Source: a virus. Taken from it: a DNA stretch of 64,000 nucleotides. This document shows positions 8,340 through 17,205 of the stretch, in pieces (the first letter of the stretch is position 1; each line of letters opens with the position of its first letter). The DNA lies in the IMG/VR virus record IMGVR_UViG_3300045988_087184. One strand, written 5' to 3'. Under the pieces are notes generated by a model, which ran no database searches, had not been told where the DNA came from, and saw only the letters and a list, made by a program, of their open reading frames with translations. Both the position numbers and the translations under genes were made by a program.

Positions 8340-8925
8340 AATAGATGACACTCTTCCATACGAACAATGGAAGTTGATAAATGGATGCAGTAACTATTAC
8401 GTTTCTTCTCTAGGAAGAGTAAGAACATCGGATAGATATTCTTCGCGTAAGAGAAAAAATAGAAAGGATGATGTCGTGTTTGTGAAGGGAAAAATCCTAA
8501 AGCAATCGGAAAATAAAAACGGATATTTAAGATGCTGCATCATTTATGATAACGGTGAAAAGAAGAGCGTATATGTCCATCGTCTTGTGATTAAGACGTT
8601 CTTAGGGGATAGCACATTACCCCAAATAAACCATATTGACGAAAATAAGCACAATAATAGTGTTGAAAATCTCGAATGGTGCGATGTTAAATATAACGCA
8701 AACTATGGTAACAGAAATACAAAAATATCTGATTACCAACATCGTCACCCCAAAAAAGGGAAATGTGTGAAAATGTTTTCTCTTGATGGTAAAGAAATAG
8801 AAACGTTCTGTAGCGTGCATGATGCGGCTAGAAGAACAGGTTTCAGTATGGGAAACATTAGCGGAATGTGTAATGGCTCTAATAAGTATTCTCATGTAGG
8901 TGGTTATATATTTAAGTTTGGATAA
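8317..8925 (+). CDS. HNH homing endonuclease (NUMOD4 + HNH_3 type)
   Basis: WKLINGCSNYYVSSLGRVR (NUMOD4-like), NGYLRC...VHRLV...INHIDENKHNNSVENLEW (HNH_3) and a C-terminal HTH-like segment. Confidence 0.75.
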   Translation: MEEIWKNRIDDTLPYEQWKLINGCSNYYVSSLGRVRTSDRYSSRKRKNRKDDVVFVKGKILKQSENKNGYLRCCIIYDNGEKKSVYVHRLVIKTFLGDSTLPQINHIDENKHNNSVENLEWCDVKYNANYGNRNTKISDYQHRHPKKGKCVKMFSLDGKEIETFCSVHDAARRTGFSMGNISGMCNGSNKYSHVGGYIFKFG

Positions 8926-8938
8926 AAACGTAAGGAAC

Positions 8939-9082
8939 ATGGAGCAGACTGATTACACTTGCAAGGATTGTTTCTTCTTTGATAACGGGACGTGTAAAGA
9001 AGAACGCTTCTGGAGAGACGTTTCGGGAGATGATTATGCTTGCACAGATTTCGAGTATAAGGAAATAAAAGTTGAACTTTAA
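8939..9082 (+). CDS. small Cys-rich protein (47 aa)
   Basis: Track ORF trimmed to ATG 8939. It carries a CKDCFFFD...C...C pattern. Confidence 0.45.
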   Translation: MEQTDYTCKDCFFFDNGTCKEERFWRDVSGDDYACTDFEYKEIKVEL

Positions 9083-9094
9083 AATATTGTTATC

Positions 9095-9649
9095 ATGGCA
9101 TTACCATTTGGAAAGACTATCAAGACAAGACACTTCACCGTGCTGAAGTTCAGCAAGAGCTTGTCTAAGAAAGAAGTTGCTTCACTCAGAGAGGGTATCC
9201 CTGCTGAGATCAAGAAGCATTTACAGAGAGGATCGTTGCCTTTCATCAAGATTGCGAACATTGCCGGCACATGGGGAATCGAGTACTCTATCGGTACATC
9301 AATGTACGCTGCGCTCGATGAATGTGTTCCTGTGGCTGTAGGAGACCATTATGAGTTCTCCAAGGATGATGGAAACATCATCGAGGCATTCGCTCAGCTT
9401 ATGTACGCGGATACGTCATTGCCTGGCGATGCAGAATACACGGCAGGTAAGTTGAAGCTTCGTGACGAATACCTTGCCCGTGAGTCTGCGAGACTGAATG
9501 CTGCTGCTGACAAGGGCAAGACTGAAGAGCAGCTTCGCAAGGAGAGCGATGAGGCCGTACAGGAAGTCATCGACCGCGATAAGCACGCCGAGACTATTCT
9601 TGAGATGGCAGAACAGATTAAGAAGGAAGGAGGTAAGAATGAGCGATAA
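9095..9649 (+). CDS. hypothetical protein (184 aa)
   Basis: Track ORF with no recognisable domain. Confidence 0.55.
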   Translation: MALPFGKTIKTRHFTVLKFSKSLSKKEVASLREGIPAEIKKHLQRGSLPFIKIANIAGTWGIEYSIGTSMYAALDECVPVAVGDHYEFSKDDGNIIEAFAQLMYADTSLPGDAEYTAGKLKLRDEYLARESARLNAAADKGKTEEQLRKESDEAVQEVIDRDKHAETILEMAEQIKKEGGKNER

Positions 9650-9830
9650 ATTGCTTGAGGTCGTTCAAGACCATACTTCCCTAGTACATGCGCTCCAGTT
9701 CATTTTGGAGGCCGCAGAGACGAAGAAACTGCCATCATACGGCGTTCTTCCTACGTTTAACGACGATATGCTTGAAGAACAGGTGCGAATTGCGCTTGAA
9801 CTCATCACCGGAGAGAAGTATCCTGATTGA
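9639..9830 (+). CDS. hypothetical protein (63 aa)
   Basis: ATG 9639 (MSDKLLEVV) lies within track ORF 9498..9830 and overlaps the previous stop. Confidence 0.5.
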   Translation: MSDKLLEVVQDHTSLVHALQFILEAAETKKLPSYGVLPTFNDDMLEEQVRIALELITGEKYPD

Positions 9831-9866
9831 ATTTATATTTTTCTTCTACTTTATATATATAAAAAT

Positions 9867-9898
9867 GAGGGGTGATATCTGTGAAGACACCACCCCTC
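9867..9898. terminator. bidirectional terminator between convergent gene blocks
   Basis: 8-bp stem GAGGGGTG/CACCCCTC flanked by an A-run and a T-run. Confidence 0.6.
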
Positions 9899-10018
9899 TA
9901 ACCAAAAAATTTTTGAATTATGATTCGCAGAAAGAATCTGTGAACATTTATTCGCCTGCAAAGGTACTTGGTTTTGCTGAAATTCTAGTAAAACAAAGTT
10001 ACTTTAACACGAATTTAA

Positions 10019-10564
10019 CTATTTCTTCTTCTTTTGAAAGGTCGCCTGACCATTTTTGAAGATAATGCAGTCATCGCAGCATCGAGGCATTGATAGAGGA
10101 ATGTAGTAGTGGACCACATTATTTTCCGTATCAATCTCATCCTGCTTAATCTTAGAATAGTCTGCTATCATGGCTGTCGTCTTTTGCCACTCTGGAGAGC
10201 CGAATTTCTGCTTTCGCTGAGCGATAACGAGGTTTCTCAGAATCTCTTCCTTTGATGTAGCCTTAATAAGTTCCTCCTGGGTGAGTTCATCGCTATTCTC
10301 GTTCTTCGCTTTCTTGCCCTGCACCTCTGCGATTCTCTTCTGAACGGACTCCTGGGCTTCTAGCTTATTCATCTCTCCTTCAAGGAAGGATTTCTCCCAG
10401 TTGAGACCTTCTCCCTGAAAGGCGATGGCCCAACAGTCCCTCGTTGGCATACCTGAGCCACGGAGACTAGCATAGATGTAATAGCGAGGGTCCTTCATTT
10501 TGAGAGCCTTCGCCTTCTTGTACGTATCGACGGATAACGTGTATCCTTTTGTTTCTTCAATCAT
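10019..10564 (-). CDS. hypothetical protein (possible small terminase by position only)
   Basis: Track ORF trimmed to MIEETKG (ATG 10564), 11 nt after the upstream stop. It has a coiled-coil centre and a C-terminal CC..C. Confidence 0.45.
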   Translation of the reverse strand: MIEETKGYTLSVDTYKKAKALKMKDPRYYIYASLRGSGMPTRDCWAIAFQGEGLNWEKSFLEGEMNKLEAQESVQKRIAEVQGKKAKNENSDELTQEELIKATSKEEILRNLVIAQRKQKFGSPEWQKTTAMIADYSKIKQDEIDTENNVVHYYIPLSMPRCCDDCIIFKNGQATFQKKKK

Positions 10565-10575
10565 AATCTTGATAT

Positions 10576-11337
10576 TTAAAAGTTCAACGTTTGCTGCCTG
10601 CGGTGTTCCCTCCATACATTGATAGACTTGCCGTATATCCAATAGTCGAACACCTCTTCTGGCGACAATCCTTCGTCTATCATCCTTCCGCTAGCCTGGA
10701 TATCCTTGATGGCCTTAATCCAACTATTATAGATATGCGGATATCGTTTGCAGTCGGCGAGTTTCTGCTTATAGTTGTGCATAGGGCAGCACAGGCAGCC
10801 AATCCTATAGTAGCCCTCGTCGTACAGCTTGCAATGCTTAATACCGAGTGTATTCAAGAATAGCCATACATCATCATCTGTCCACTCTATGATTGGAGAG
10901 ATGAGAAGCGATTCGTAGCCTCGGATACAGCCGATGGTACGTTCGTCACTGGCATTGGTGATGTTAATCTCGTGAATGCCCCACCGGGTTGGACGGCCAC
11001 GCTTCTGACTGTTCCTCTTATCACGGAACTCGTCAAGACCTTCTAGGGAGCCTCTATACTTATGGTTGGTAATCTCAACCTCACTTCTACCCGAACGCTG
11101 TCTGCTTTCTGCGTGGCGGATGCCTATGAGAACCACGTTACCTGCGCCAATACCTTCTTTATAGACTCGACAGCACCATCGTATCAGTCTTGTCGGAAGC
11201 ACGCCTTCCTTACGGGCCTGGTTATAGATGCTGATTTTAGGCTTTATCATATCTACGTCCGGATACTGCTCACGGCCAAACTTGATTACCTCGGGAGGGT
11301 CAACAGACGTAAGACCCATGTGAGCCTTGAACTTCAC
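10576..11337 (-). CDS. PAPS reductase / PP-loop ATPase family protein (start unresolved)
   Basis: LIGIRHAESRQRS and a C-terminal GCLCCP match the family. The reading frame stays open upstream to 11484 and encodes the PP-loop SFSLGKDS (see findings). Confidence 0.7.
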   Translation of the reverse strand: MKFKAHMGLTSVDPPEVIKFGREQYPDVDMIKPKISIYNQARKEGVLPTRLIRWCCRVYKEGIGAGNVVLIGIRHAESRQRSGRSEVEITNHKYRGSLEGLDEFRDKRNSQKRGRPTRWGIHEINITNASDERTIGCIRGYESLLISPIIEWTDDDVWLFLNTLGIKHCKLYDEGYYRIGCLCCPMHNYKQKLADCKRYPHIYNSWIKAIKDIQASGRMIDEGLSPEEVFDYWIYGKSINVWREHRRQQTLNF

Positions 11338-11545
11338 ACCTGCAATCTTGGCAATATGATACAGGCACTGGCTATCCTTGCCTAAACTGAACGATAGATA
11401 AAAGCCTTCGTTCGGTGAGTATGCCAGTGCAAGCTTTTCAGCCTTTCTCAGCAGCTCTACAGAGTGCTTTATCTTCTTCTGGAATCATTTAGGGAATTTC
11501 GGAAGAATTTCTTCTAAAGTGAAATTTAATTCAGAATTTATCATA

Positions 11546-12322
11546 TCATTTCTTTTTATTATCCTTGAATACAAATAAAGTGTAACAACAACACGAAACG
11601 TGAAATGGTGGATATGGATCTCTGAAAGAATGAATACCGGCATCAGCTTCGCTTTGACAAATCTCGCACGGATAACTGCTTCCTCTCTTGACGTAGAATC
11701 CGATAGCTTTGTTATCCTGCCCGTACTCCTGCTCCGCCCGTCCCCATGCCAAAGCAATCACCTGAGAAGCGTTTCTTACGATGTTCTGATAGGCGTTCTT
11801 GTAGTAGCCCTTTCCGTAAGAAGGAACATCGATGTTGATATCCTTTCTCTTCGCCTTGGTGATGACTGATGTGTGATATGGGTCTTTATAGCCTGTGCGG
11901 ATGGAAGACAGGAGCTGCTGGTCTGAATATCCCATCAAGGTTCCTGCCTTGACCATCCTTACAATATCTTCAGCAAAGTTTCCGAGATAGACGGCGTTTC
12001 TTTCGGATGTCGTCTTTCCGTAGATGTCGCTGACGAGAAACGATTCGATGTTCTCGCTGTCAATCCCGAGAATCTTGCATGAAGCCTTTGAGTAGGCAGA
12101 GATATAGCTGTTGATACTCTCCTCTGCCTCCCCGGCGATACTCTTGGCCTCTCTGAGCAGGGAAGCCTCATTTCTGAGATTCTTCCCTGTTCTGTATTTC
12201 TTTGACCTTGAGATTATTTTATTCGCAGCCGACCAGAGGGTGCTTGCAATGTGGGACTCGCAGTTTCGGATTGCCTGCAAGCGCTTCCTGCTGTAATCGA
12301 CTGAGCGTTTTAACTCATCCAT
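11546..12322 (-). CDS. head morphogenesis protein (Mu F / SPP1 gp7-like)
   Basis: 258 aa, positioned after the portal gene. The C-terminal PFHVSCCCY resembles the HPNCRC end of the family. Confidence 0.6.
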   Translation of the reverse strand: MDELKRSVDYSRKRLQAIRNCESHIASTLWSAANKIISRSKKYRTGKNLRNEASLLREAKSIAGEAEESINSYISAYSKASCKILGIDSENIESFLVSDIYGKTTSERNAVYLGNFAEDIVRMVKAGTLMGYSDQQLLSSIRTGYKDPYHTSVITKAKRKDINIDVPSYGKGYYKNAYQNIVRNASQVIALAWGRAEQEYGQDNKAIGFYVKRGSSYPCEICQSEADAGIHSFRDPYPPFHVSCCCYTLFVFKDNKKK

Positions 12323-12328
12323 AAGCTA

Positions 12329-14047
12329 TTAATGGGTTTTATTGTACTTTGTCCAATTATTTTCATTTGGTTGGTTACCCCATTTATCGGTATTCTTACC
12401 CTCGCTAGGTCTTCCAGCCTTTCTGCCATTACCCGTACGAACGTTACCGCCATTACCGCCGTTAATCTGAGCCGCCGCCTTTTGCTCCTCAATAGCATTC
12501 TCGGTTTCATTGTCCGCACGCTGCATATCCATAAGGAGGTCCTGCTGGTCCTCTTCCTTCTTCTCGCGCATGATACGCTCGTACTCGGCAGTCTTCGGGA
12601 AGTCGGGACAACGTTCAGAAGCCGTCTGCTTAGAGAGGAATCCGTTCTGAACTGCGGTGGCGAGGTTGGTCAGCACCTCAGATTTGTTCTGGTGAATATA
12701 TGGATCTATCCACGCATTAATCGGAAGTCCAGACATCGTAGCGACACAGTTTTCATCAGTACCGATACCGAACTGGCAGATTCGGAGAATCTTATCCAGG
12801 AACGGCTGTAACTCCTGTGCATCGTTCATTGCAACCTCCAGTGCAGGAGAATAGAGAAGCTTGATGGCTACACCTGGGAGGTCACCGGACTTCAACTCAG
12901 GCGGCTTCACGGTGAACGACAGCTCATAGATGAGGTCATACGACTTGTTGAGCTGTGTTGCGAAGGCATCAGAGGCATCCGTGCCATTCAAGAATTCAGC
13001 CTTGCCATTAGTGTCGGTAATCATGATGGTCTTCGCAGAGCCGGTCATATCGTCTCCAGTTATAGAAATATCCTCGCCATCACCTGTGAGTGTAAGAATA
13101 GGGAAAGCGTACGCCTTATTATTCTCGCAGAGATATGAGAATGCCTCCTCGTAGTCCTCGATGTTCTTCTGGACCATAAACCAGCAAGGTCCGTTGTCGT
13201 TACGTGCGTAGGCTACCGGCACGAACTGGAAGCCGTGGTCCTTCTCTTCAATGAGTGTGTAGTCATCAATTCCGAAAATCCTTGCAATCTTCGTCATTAC
13301 CTCTTTCACCTTTCCAGACTTGACAGCCTTCTTGAAGCGGTAGAACTTCCGGTTATCCCAAGCCTCGACATATTCGGTCTTCTCGTTGCCCTCATCGTCG
13401 TAGTCGTAGTACTTCCTGGCAAAGCACAGGAGATCGCCAGTGAGCGAATCGACGTGAGGGTACAGGATATCTCCTCGATCATAAGAGAGTGTTCGTGTGC
13501 AGAATTTCTTCTTTTCATCGAAGAAACCGACGATTGCACATTCTGCAACCTTCAGATACGCACTTACAGCTTCAAAGAAGCGAATTTCCATATCGTGCAT
13601 AAGCCAGCCCTTCTTGAATACATCGAGGGTCTTCTGATTCTCCTCTACCTTCTTCTCGTTCTCGTAGTCATCACCATCAGCAAGCTCGAACTGAACATCG
13701 TTGCCAGTCAAGTGCAGCAGATGCTTTGTGTGGATGAGCTGCTGGAACGCAAAGGCTGTGCGCTGAATCTTCTGGCAGTACCACCTGTTATTCTCAGGGT
13801 TCAACTTCCAGATGTCCGGGTATTCCTTCTCGTCCATTATTCTGTGTGCAGATGGATAGTACTCACGCAAGAAGTCTGCCTGCGTCTTGATGCGGCGATA
13901 CATGGTGTCGTCTGGCATCGTTCCGTCATAATAGTCAGGAACAACGTCGCTTACAGCCGAGTGCTTCATGTATCCCGTAGGAGTAAGCTCGTAGAATGGC
14001 TTCCTTACGAGCAGCTCCCTTACATTATTTACCTTGATAGCATCCAT
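12329..14047 (-). CDS. portal protein
   Basis: 572 aa, immediately downstream of and overlapping TerL, with an acidic or Gly-rich C-terminus. Confidence 0.7.
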   Translation of the reverse strand: MDAIKVNNVRELLVRKPFYELTPTGYMKHSAVSDVVPDYYDGTMPDDTMYRRIKTQADFLREYYPSAHRIMDEKEYPDIWKLNPENNRWYCQKIQRTAFAFQQLIHTKHLLHLTGNDVQFELADGDDYENEKKVEENQKTLDVFKKGWLMHDMEIRFFEAVSAYLKVAECAIVGFFDEKKKFCTRTLSYDRGDILYPHVDSLTGDLLCFARKYYDYDDEGNEKTEYVEAWDNRKFYRFKKAVKSGKVKEVMTKIARIFGIDDYTLIEEKDHGFQFVPVAYARNDNGPCWFMVQKNIEDYEEAFSYLCENNKAYAFPILTLTGDGEDISITGDDMTGSAKTIMITDTNGKAEFLNGTDASDAFATQLNKSYDLIYELSFTVKPPELKSGDLPGVAIKLLYSPALEVAMNDAQELQPFLDKILRICQFGIGTDENCVATMSGLPINAWIDPYIHQNKSEVLTNLATAVQNGFLSKQTASERCPDFPKTAEYERIMREKKEEDQQDLLMDMQRADNETENAIEEQKAAAQINGGNGGNVRTGNGRKAGRPSEGKNTDKWGNQPNENNWTKYNKTH

Positions 14048-16323
14048 AATCCTTTTACCTTTTTATTTTTCTTTTTTGTTAAACTGAATATCATTACATA
14101 GAACCAAGATTCAAAGAAGTCAGGCGAGTGCCCGACATATTTCTTGGCAATCTTCTTAGGTAACAGCTTGAATCCCCTATCATCGCTATTCTCGTCACGT
14201 CTGAGCATCTTACGCTCCTTCTGAAGAATCTGTCTGAGAGGAACCTTGTCAAATCCGTTTCCTGAATACTTTCTTTCAAGCAGGGCCGAGTCGATGGAAA
14301 TCTGCTTCTCTTTTATCATCTTATAGAATAACCATGCGCACTGAGACTTCAAATCCTTATATAGGTATTTGATTCCTTCTTCTTCCTGATGATTCCTCGC
14401 GATAGGTGCTGCCTGGTTGTTGAATGGGACGGCATCCTTGAAGAATCCCTTAAAGTACTGCCCTATACCCTGCATATCGTAAGTGAAGTTACATTCCTCA
14501 ACGCCCCACTCTCTCAGCTTGGCCTCAACTACAGAAACGAGCGTCTTAGGGTCCAGCCTCAGAACAACCAAGTCTTTGCAGTGCCATCCTTCCCAGAGCC
14601 ACATCACGAAGTTATCGCCGCCGGTGAAAGCAATATCGGCAGAAGCTCTGCGTTTTCCATCTCCTATCTGTTCTGCATTGTCGTAGATTTCATCAAGGTC
14701 TTCCATCTTGATCATGTCATCGCCGGCAGCTTTCCAGTTCCAGTTAGCCTCCAGGTCTCGCATACGCTGTTCCTCATCCTGCTGGGCAAGGTTGGCGATA
14801 TATGATGCATCGGTGGAGATAAGCTTAATGTTCTCTGATACGTCTGCACGGATGAACGTTGCTGACTTAATGAACATTTCGAGCTTCGTGTATCCAAGCT
14901 CCTCGTAGCTGTCCTTCCAAAGACTATCGATGATACCCTTGCACTGCTCGTACACCTCTTCCCTTGTGTCACCCCAGTAGATTGAGTCCGGTGTATCTCC
15001 ATCCATGAAGCAGTATCGAATAACTCCGTCTCGCTCCGGTATGATGTATCCGTTCTCGTCAACCCACCAGTCGATGAACTTTCGTACCCAAGATTCCGGG
15101 TCAGGGTTACATGTAATCCAGAAGCGGTTTCGGATATGTGCTGCGTTTCGGTTGTTGGTCAAGAGGTACTTGAACTTCTTGTATGGACACTGAGTACCCT
15201 CATCGATGCAGACATAGGCATACTGGCGACCCTGGAATCGTGTCTTGAAGTCCTGATAGGCTCCAGCATAGTACGAGAATTTGAGCCATCCTCCGTTATT
15301 GAAGTTCCAGGTCATATCATTTTGAGACTTATTGTAAGTTCCAAATTGGGAGAAAAGTTTATAAGAGTCGGTTACAAGCGACTGCAAGTCATCTTTCTCG
15401 TTTCGCAGGATGGTCGCATGAAAGTCCGGGTTCTTGATATCCTTCAGAACTTCCATTAGGGAAGAGAAGGACTTGGAGTTGTGGGTGACGATAAAGTCCT
15501 CGACAACGAATAGTGAGTCCGGATTCTCAACGGCGATGCAACAGCAGTTTCGCTTGCCGACCGGTTTACAGCTGACAATCCTCCTCTTTAATTCCTTCTT
15601 TCTGTAATCGAATCTAACCTCCCATTTCTTGTTTGACTTCCTCTTTACGTAGCAAACAGAACCGAGACTGTCAACCAGATACTTGAAATCGAATGCTTTC
15701 TTCCTTGTCTTGAAAGTCTTCTTCCAGTATTTTCCAGAAAACCTACCAGATGTTTCGATGATATGTCTTAAAGATTCCGTTCTCTCAGCGACAGAGGCTA
15801 AGCCGAACCTTTCATCAAACTCAACAGGCTTTACGCAAGGGATAGCGATATGGTAGCCTTCATTGATATAACTGGCTATCTCACAGGCAAGATGCGGCAT
15901 AAGCCTCCTGTCGCCATCGATATACACATTCCATATATGGTCATCCGAGCATACTACACTTGATCCGTCAGATAGTTCGATTTCATAGCAATCTCTATCC
16001 GGATAATCAATTCGGCCTAATACCCTGTGCCCCTTACCGTCATCTCCTATTACGGTGTCACCATATTTAAGATTCTTGATTTTAATGAACCCTCTAGTAG
16101 TCAACACTCTAGTGTCTTCATCAAGCGGACCACCTCGCGAGCCGCCAACTATCTTAATATCAGCGTCTATAGACAGCATACGCTCCTGTCCGCCACGCTG
16201 AGCTATAATCTTCAGCTTGTCGGGATGCTTCTTGTCGGTGTCTCGTAGAGACTGAATATACTCTTGCGTATATACAGGTTCTCCGTTATCCAATTTTAAT
16301 CCTGAATAAATATCTTTCTGCAT
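14029..16323 (-). CDS. terL: terminase large subunit, interrupted by an intein
   Basis: The P-loop GGSRGG/SKS is split by a Hint domain. A Walker B-like VCIDEG and a C-terminal nuclease-like region are present. Start taken at ATG 16323 rather than the TTG at 16344. Confidence 0.85.
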   Translation of the reverse strand: MQKDIYSGLKLDNGEPVYTQEYIQSLRDTDKKHPDKLKIIAQRGGQERMLSIDADIKIVGGSRGGPLDEDTRVLTTRGFIKIKNLKYGDTVIGDDGKGHRVLGRIDYPDRDCYEIELSDGSSVVCSDDHIWNVYIDGDRRLMPHLACEIASYINEGYHIAIPCVKPVEFDERFGLASVAERTESLRHIIETSGRFSGKYWKKTFKTRKKAFDFKYLVDSLGSVCYVKRKSNKKWEVRFDYRKKELKRRIVSCKPVGKRNCCCIAVENPDSLFVVEDFIVTHNSKSFSSLMEVLKDIKNPDFHATILRNEKDDLQSLVTDSYKLFSQFGTYNKSQNDMTWNFNNGGWLKFSYYAGAYQDFKTRFQGRQYAYVCIDEGTQCPYKKFKYLLTNNRNAAHIRNRFWITCNPDPESWVRKFIDWWVDENGYIIPERDGVIRYCFMDGDTPDSIYWGDTREEVYEQCKGIIDSLWKDSYEELGYTKLEMFIKSATFIRADVSENIKLISTDASYIANLAQQDEEQRMRDLEANWNWKAAGDDMIKMEDLDEIYDNAEQIGDGKRRASADIAFTGGDNFVMWLWEGWHCKDLVVLRLDPKTLVSVVEAKLREWGVEECNFTYDMQGIGQYFKGFFKDAVPFNNQAAPIARNHQEEEGIKYLYKDLKSQCAWLFYKMIKEKQISIDSALLERKYSGNGFDKVPLRQILQKERKMLRRDENSDDRGFKLLPKKIAKKYVGHSPDFFESWFYVMIFSLTKKKNKKVKGLWMLSR
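15478..16128 (-). mobile_element. intein (217 aa) in the TerL P-loop, class-3-like
   Basis: Block A PLDEDTRVL, block B SDDHIW, block F CCCIAVENP and block G FIVTHN followed by +1 Ser. Confidence 0.75.
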
Positions 16324-16341
16324 AAAAATACATTTTATACG

Positions 16342-16349
16342 CAAAAATA
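16342..16349 (-). promoter_or_regulatory. candidate -7 box (TATTTTTG) for the leftward packaging operon
   Basis: A TAnnTTTG match lies 19 nt upstream of TerL ATG 16323. No clear -33 element. Confidence 0.4.
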
Positions 16350-16358
16350 CACAATATT

Positions 16359-16390
16359 TTTGTATAATTGCATAATTATTTGTATATTTG
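16359..16390 (+). promoter_or_regulatory. Bacteroidota-type promoter for the head operon
   Basis: TTTG (16359-62), N20, then TATATTTG (16383-90). It shares TTGCATAATTAT...TTGTATATTTGC with the promoter at 29344. Confidence 0.65.
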
Positions 16391-16468
16391 CGGTATTAAA
16401 ACGTATATTTATACATTTTCGAAGTGGAAGAACTACTTCAAGGATAACATTTTTAATAAAACAACAAC

Positions 16469-17170
16469 ATGACAAGAGAAGAACTCTTAGCATTAGTGAA
16501 CAAGGAGGCTGATACCACCAAGTTCAAATCACTTAGCCAGAAGACCATCAATGAAGAACTTGATGATGTTTTGGAAGATTTCGGTGACGATGAGGCTGCA
16601 AATGCCAAGTTGGTTACCAAGTTAGCAAACCGCCTTAAGCGCATGGACGGAAACCTGCACAAGAATGTCTCTGACGAGATTAAGAAGAGCAAGGAGGAAG
16701 CTGAGCGCAAGAAGAAGGAAGAGGAAGAGGAGCGCAAGCGCAAGGAGGAAGAGGAGGGTAAAACCGGTTCTGACGACAAGTACAATGAGCTTCTCAAAGA
16801 AATCAAAGCCCTCAAGGAAGCTAACGCAGAACGAGACAAGAAGGCTGCAAGGAAGGCAACCATCGAGTCAGTAAAGGCAGGTTTGAAGGATAAGTTCGAC
16901 AAGGCAAACCTTGAAATGAAGAACTACTTCCTCAATGCTGCAATCGCAAAGCTGGAGATTCCGGACGAAGATGCCGACATCGACGACCTGGTTTCTAAGG
17001 CTGAGAAGATCTACACCGCAGAGTACAAGGAGGCTACCGGTGAAAACGGTATTCCTGCAAAGGGACAGCGATCATCTGGTGGCGGAAGCACTACTGACGA
17101 CGACAAGTTCATGGATGAGGTTGCCGAGCGTCGCAAGAAGAGATACGGCGGCGGTGAAGACAAGAAGTAA
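16469..17170 (+). CDS. scaffolding protein (putative)
   Basis: 233 aa, extremely K/E-rich coiled coil, directly upstream of the capsid genes. Confidence 0.6.
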   Translation: MTREELLALVNKEADTTKFKSLSQKTINEELDDVLEDFGDDEAANAKLVTKLANRLKRMDGNLHKNVSDEIKKSKEEAERKKKEEEEERKRKEEEEGKTGSDDKYNELLKEIKALKEANAERDKKAARKATIESVKAGLKDKFDKANLEMKNYFLNAAIAKLEIPDEDADIDDLVSKAEKIYTAEYKEATGENGIPAKGQRSSGGGSTTDDDKFMDEVAERRKKRYGGGEDKK

Positions 17171-17205
17171 TTTCAGGATAACAATTTAAAAAAGGTAAAA
17201 AGATT

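Noticed and set aside
9940-9975. Isolated minus-strand TACCTTTG (9959-9966) that, together with terminator 9867-9898, could define a ~60-80-nt sRNA.
   Set aside because: A lone TAnnTTTG match is expected by chance dozens of times in 64 kb of AT-rich DNA. There is no -33 element or other support.
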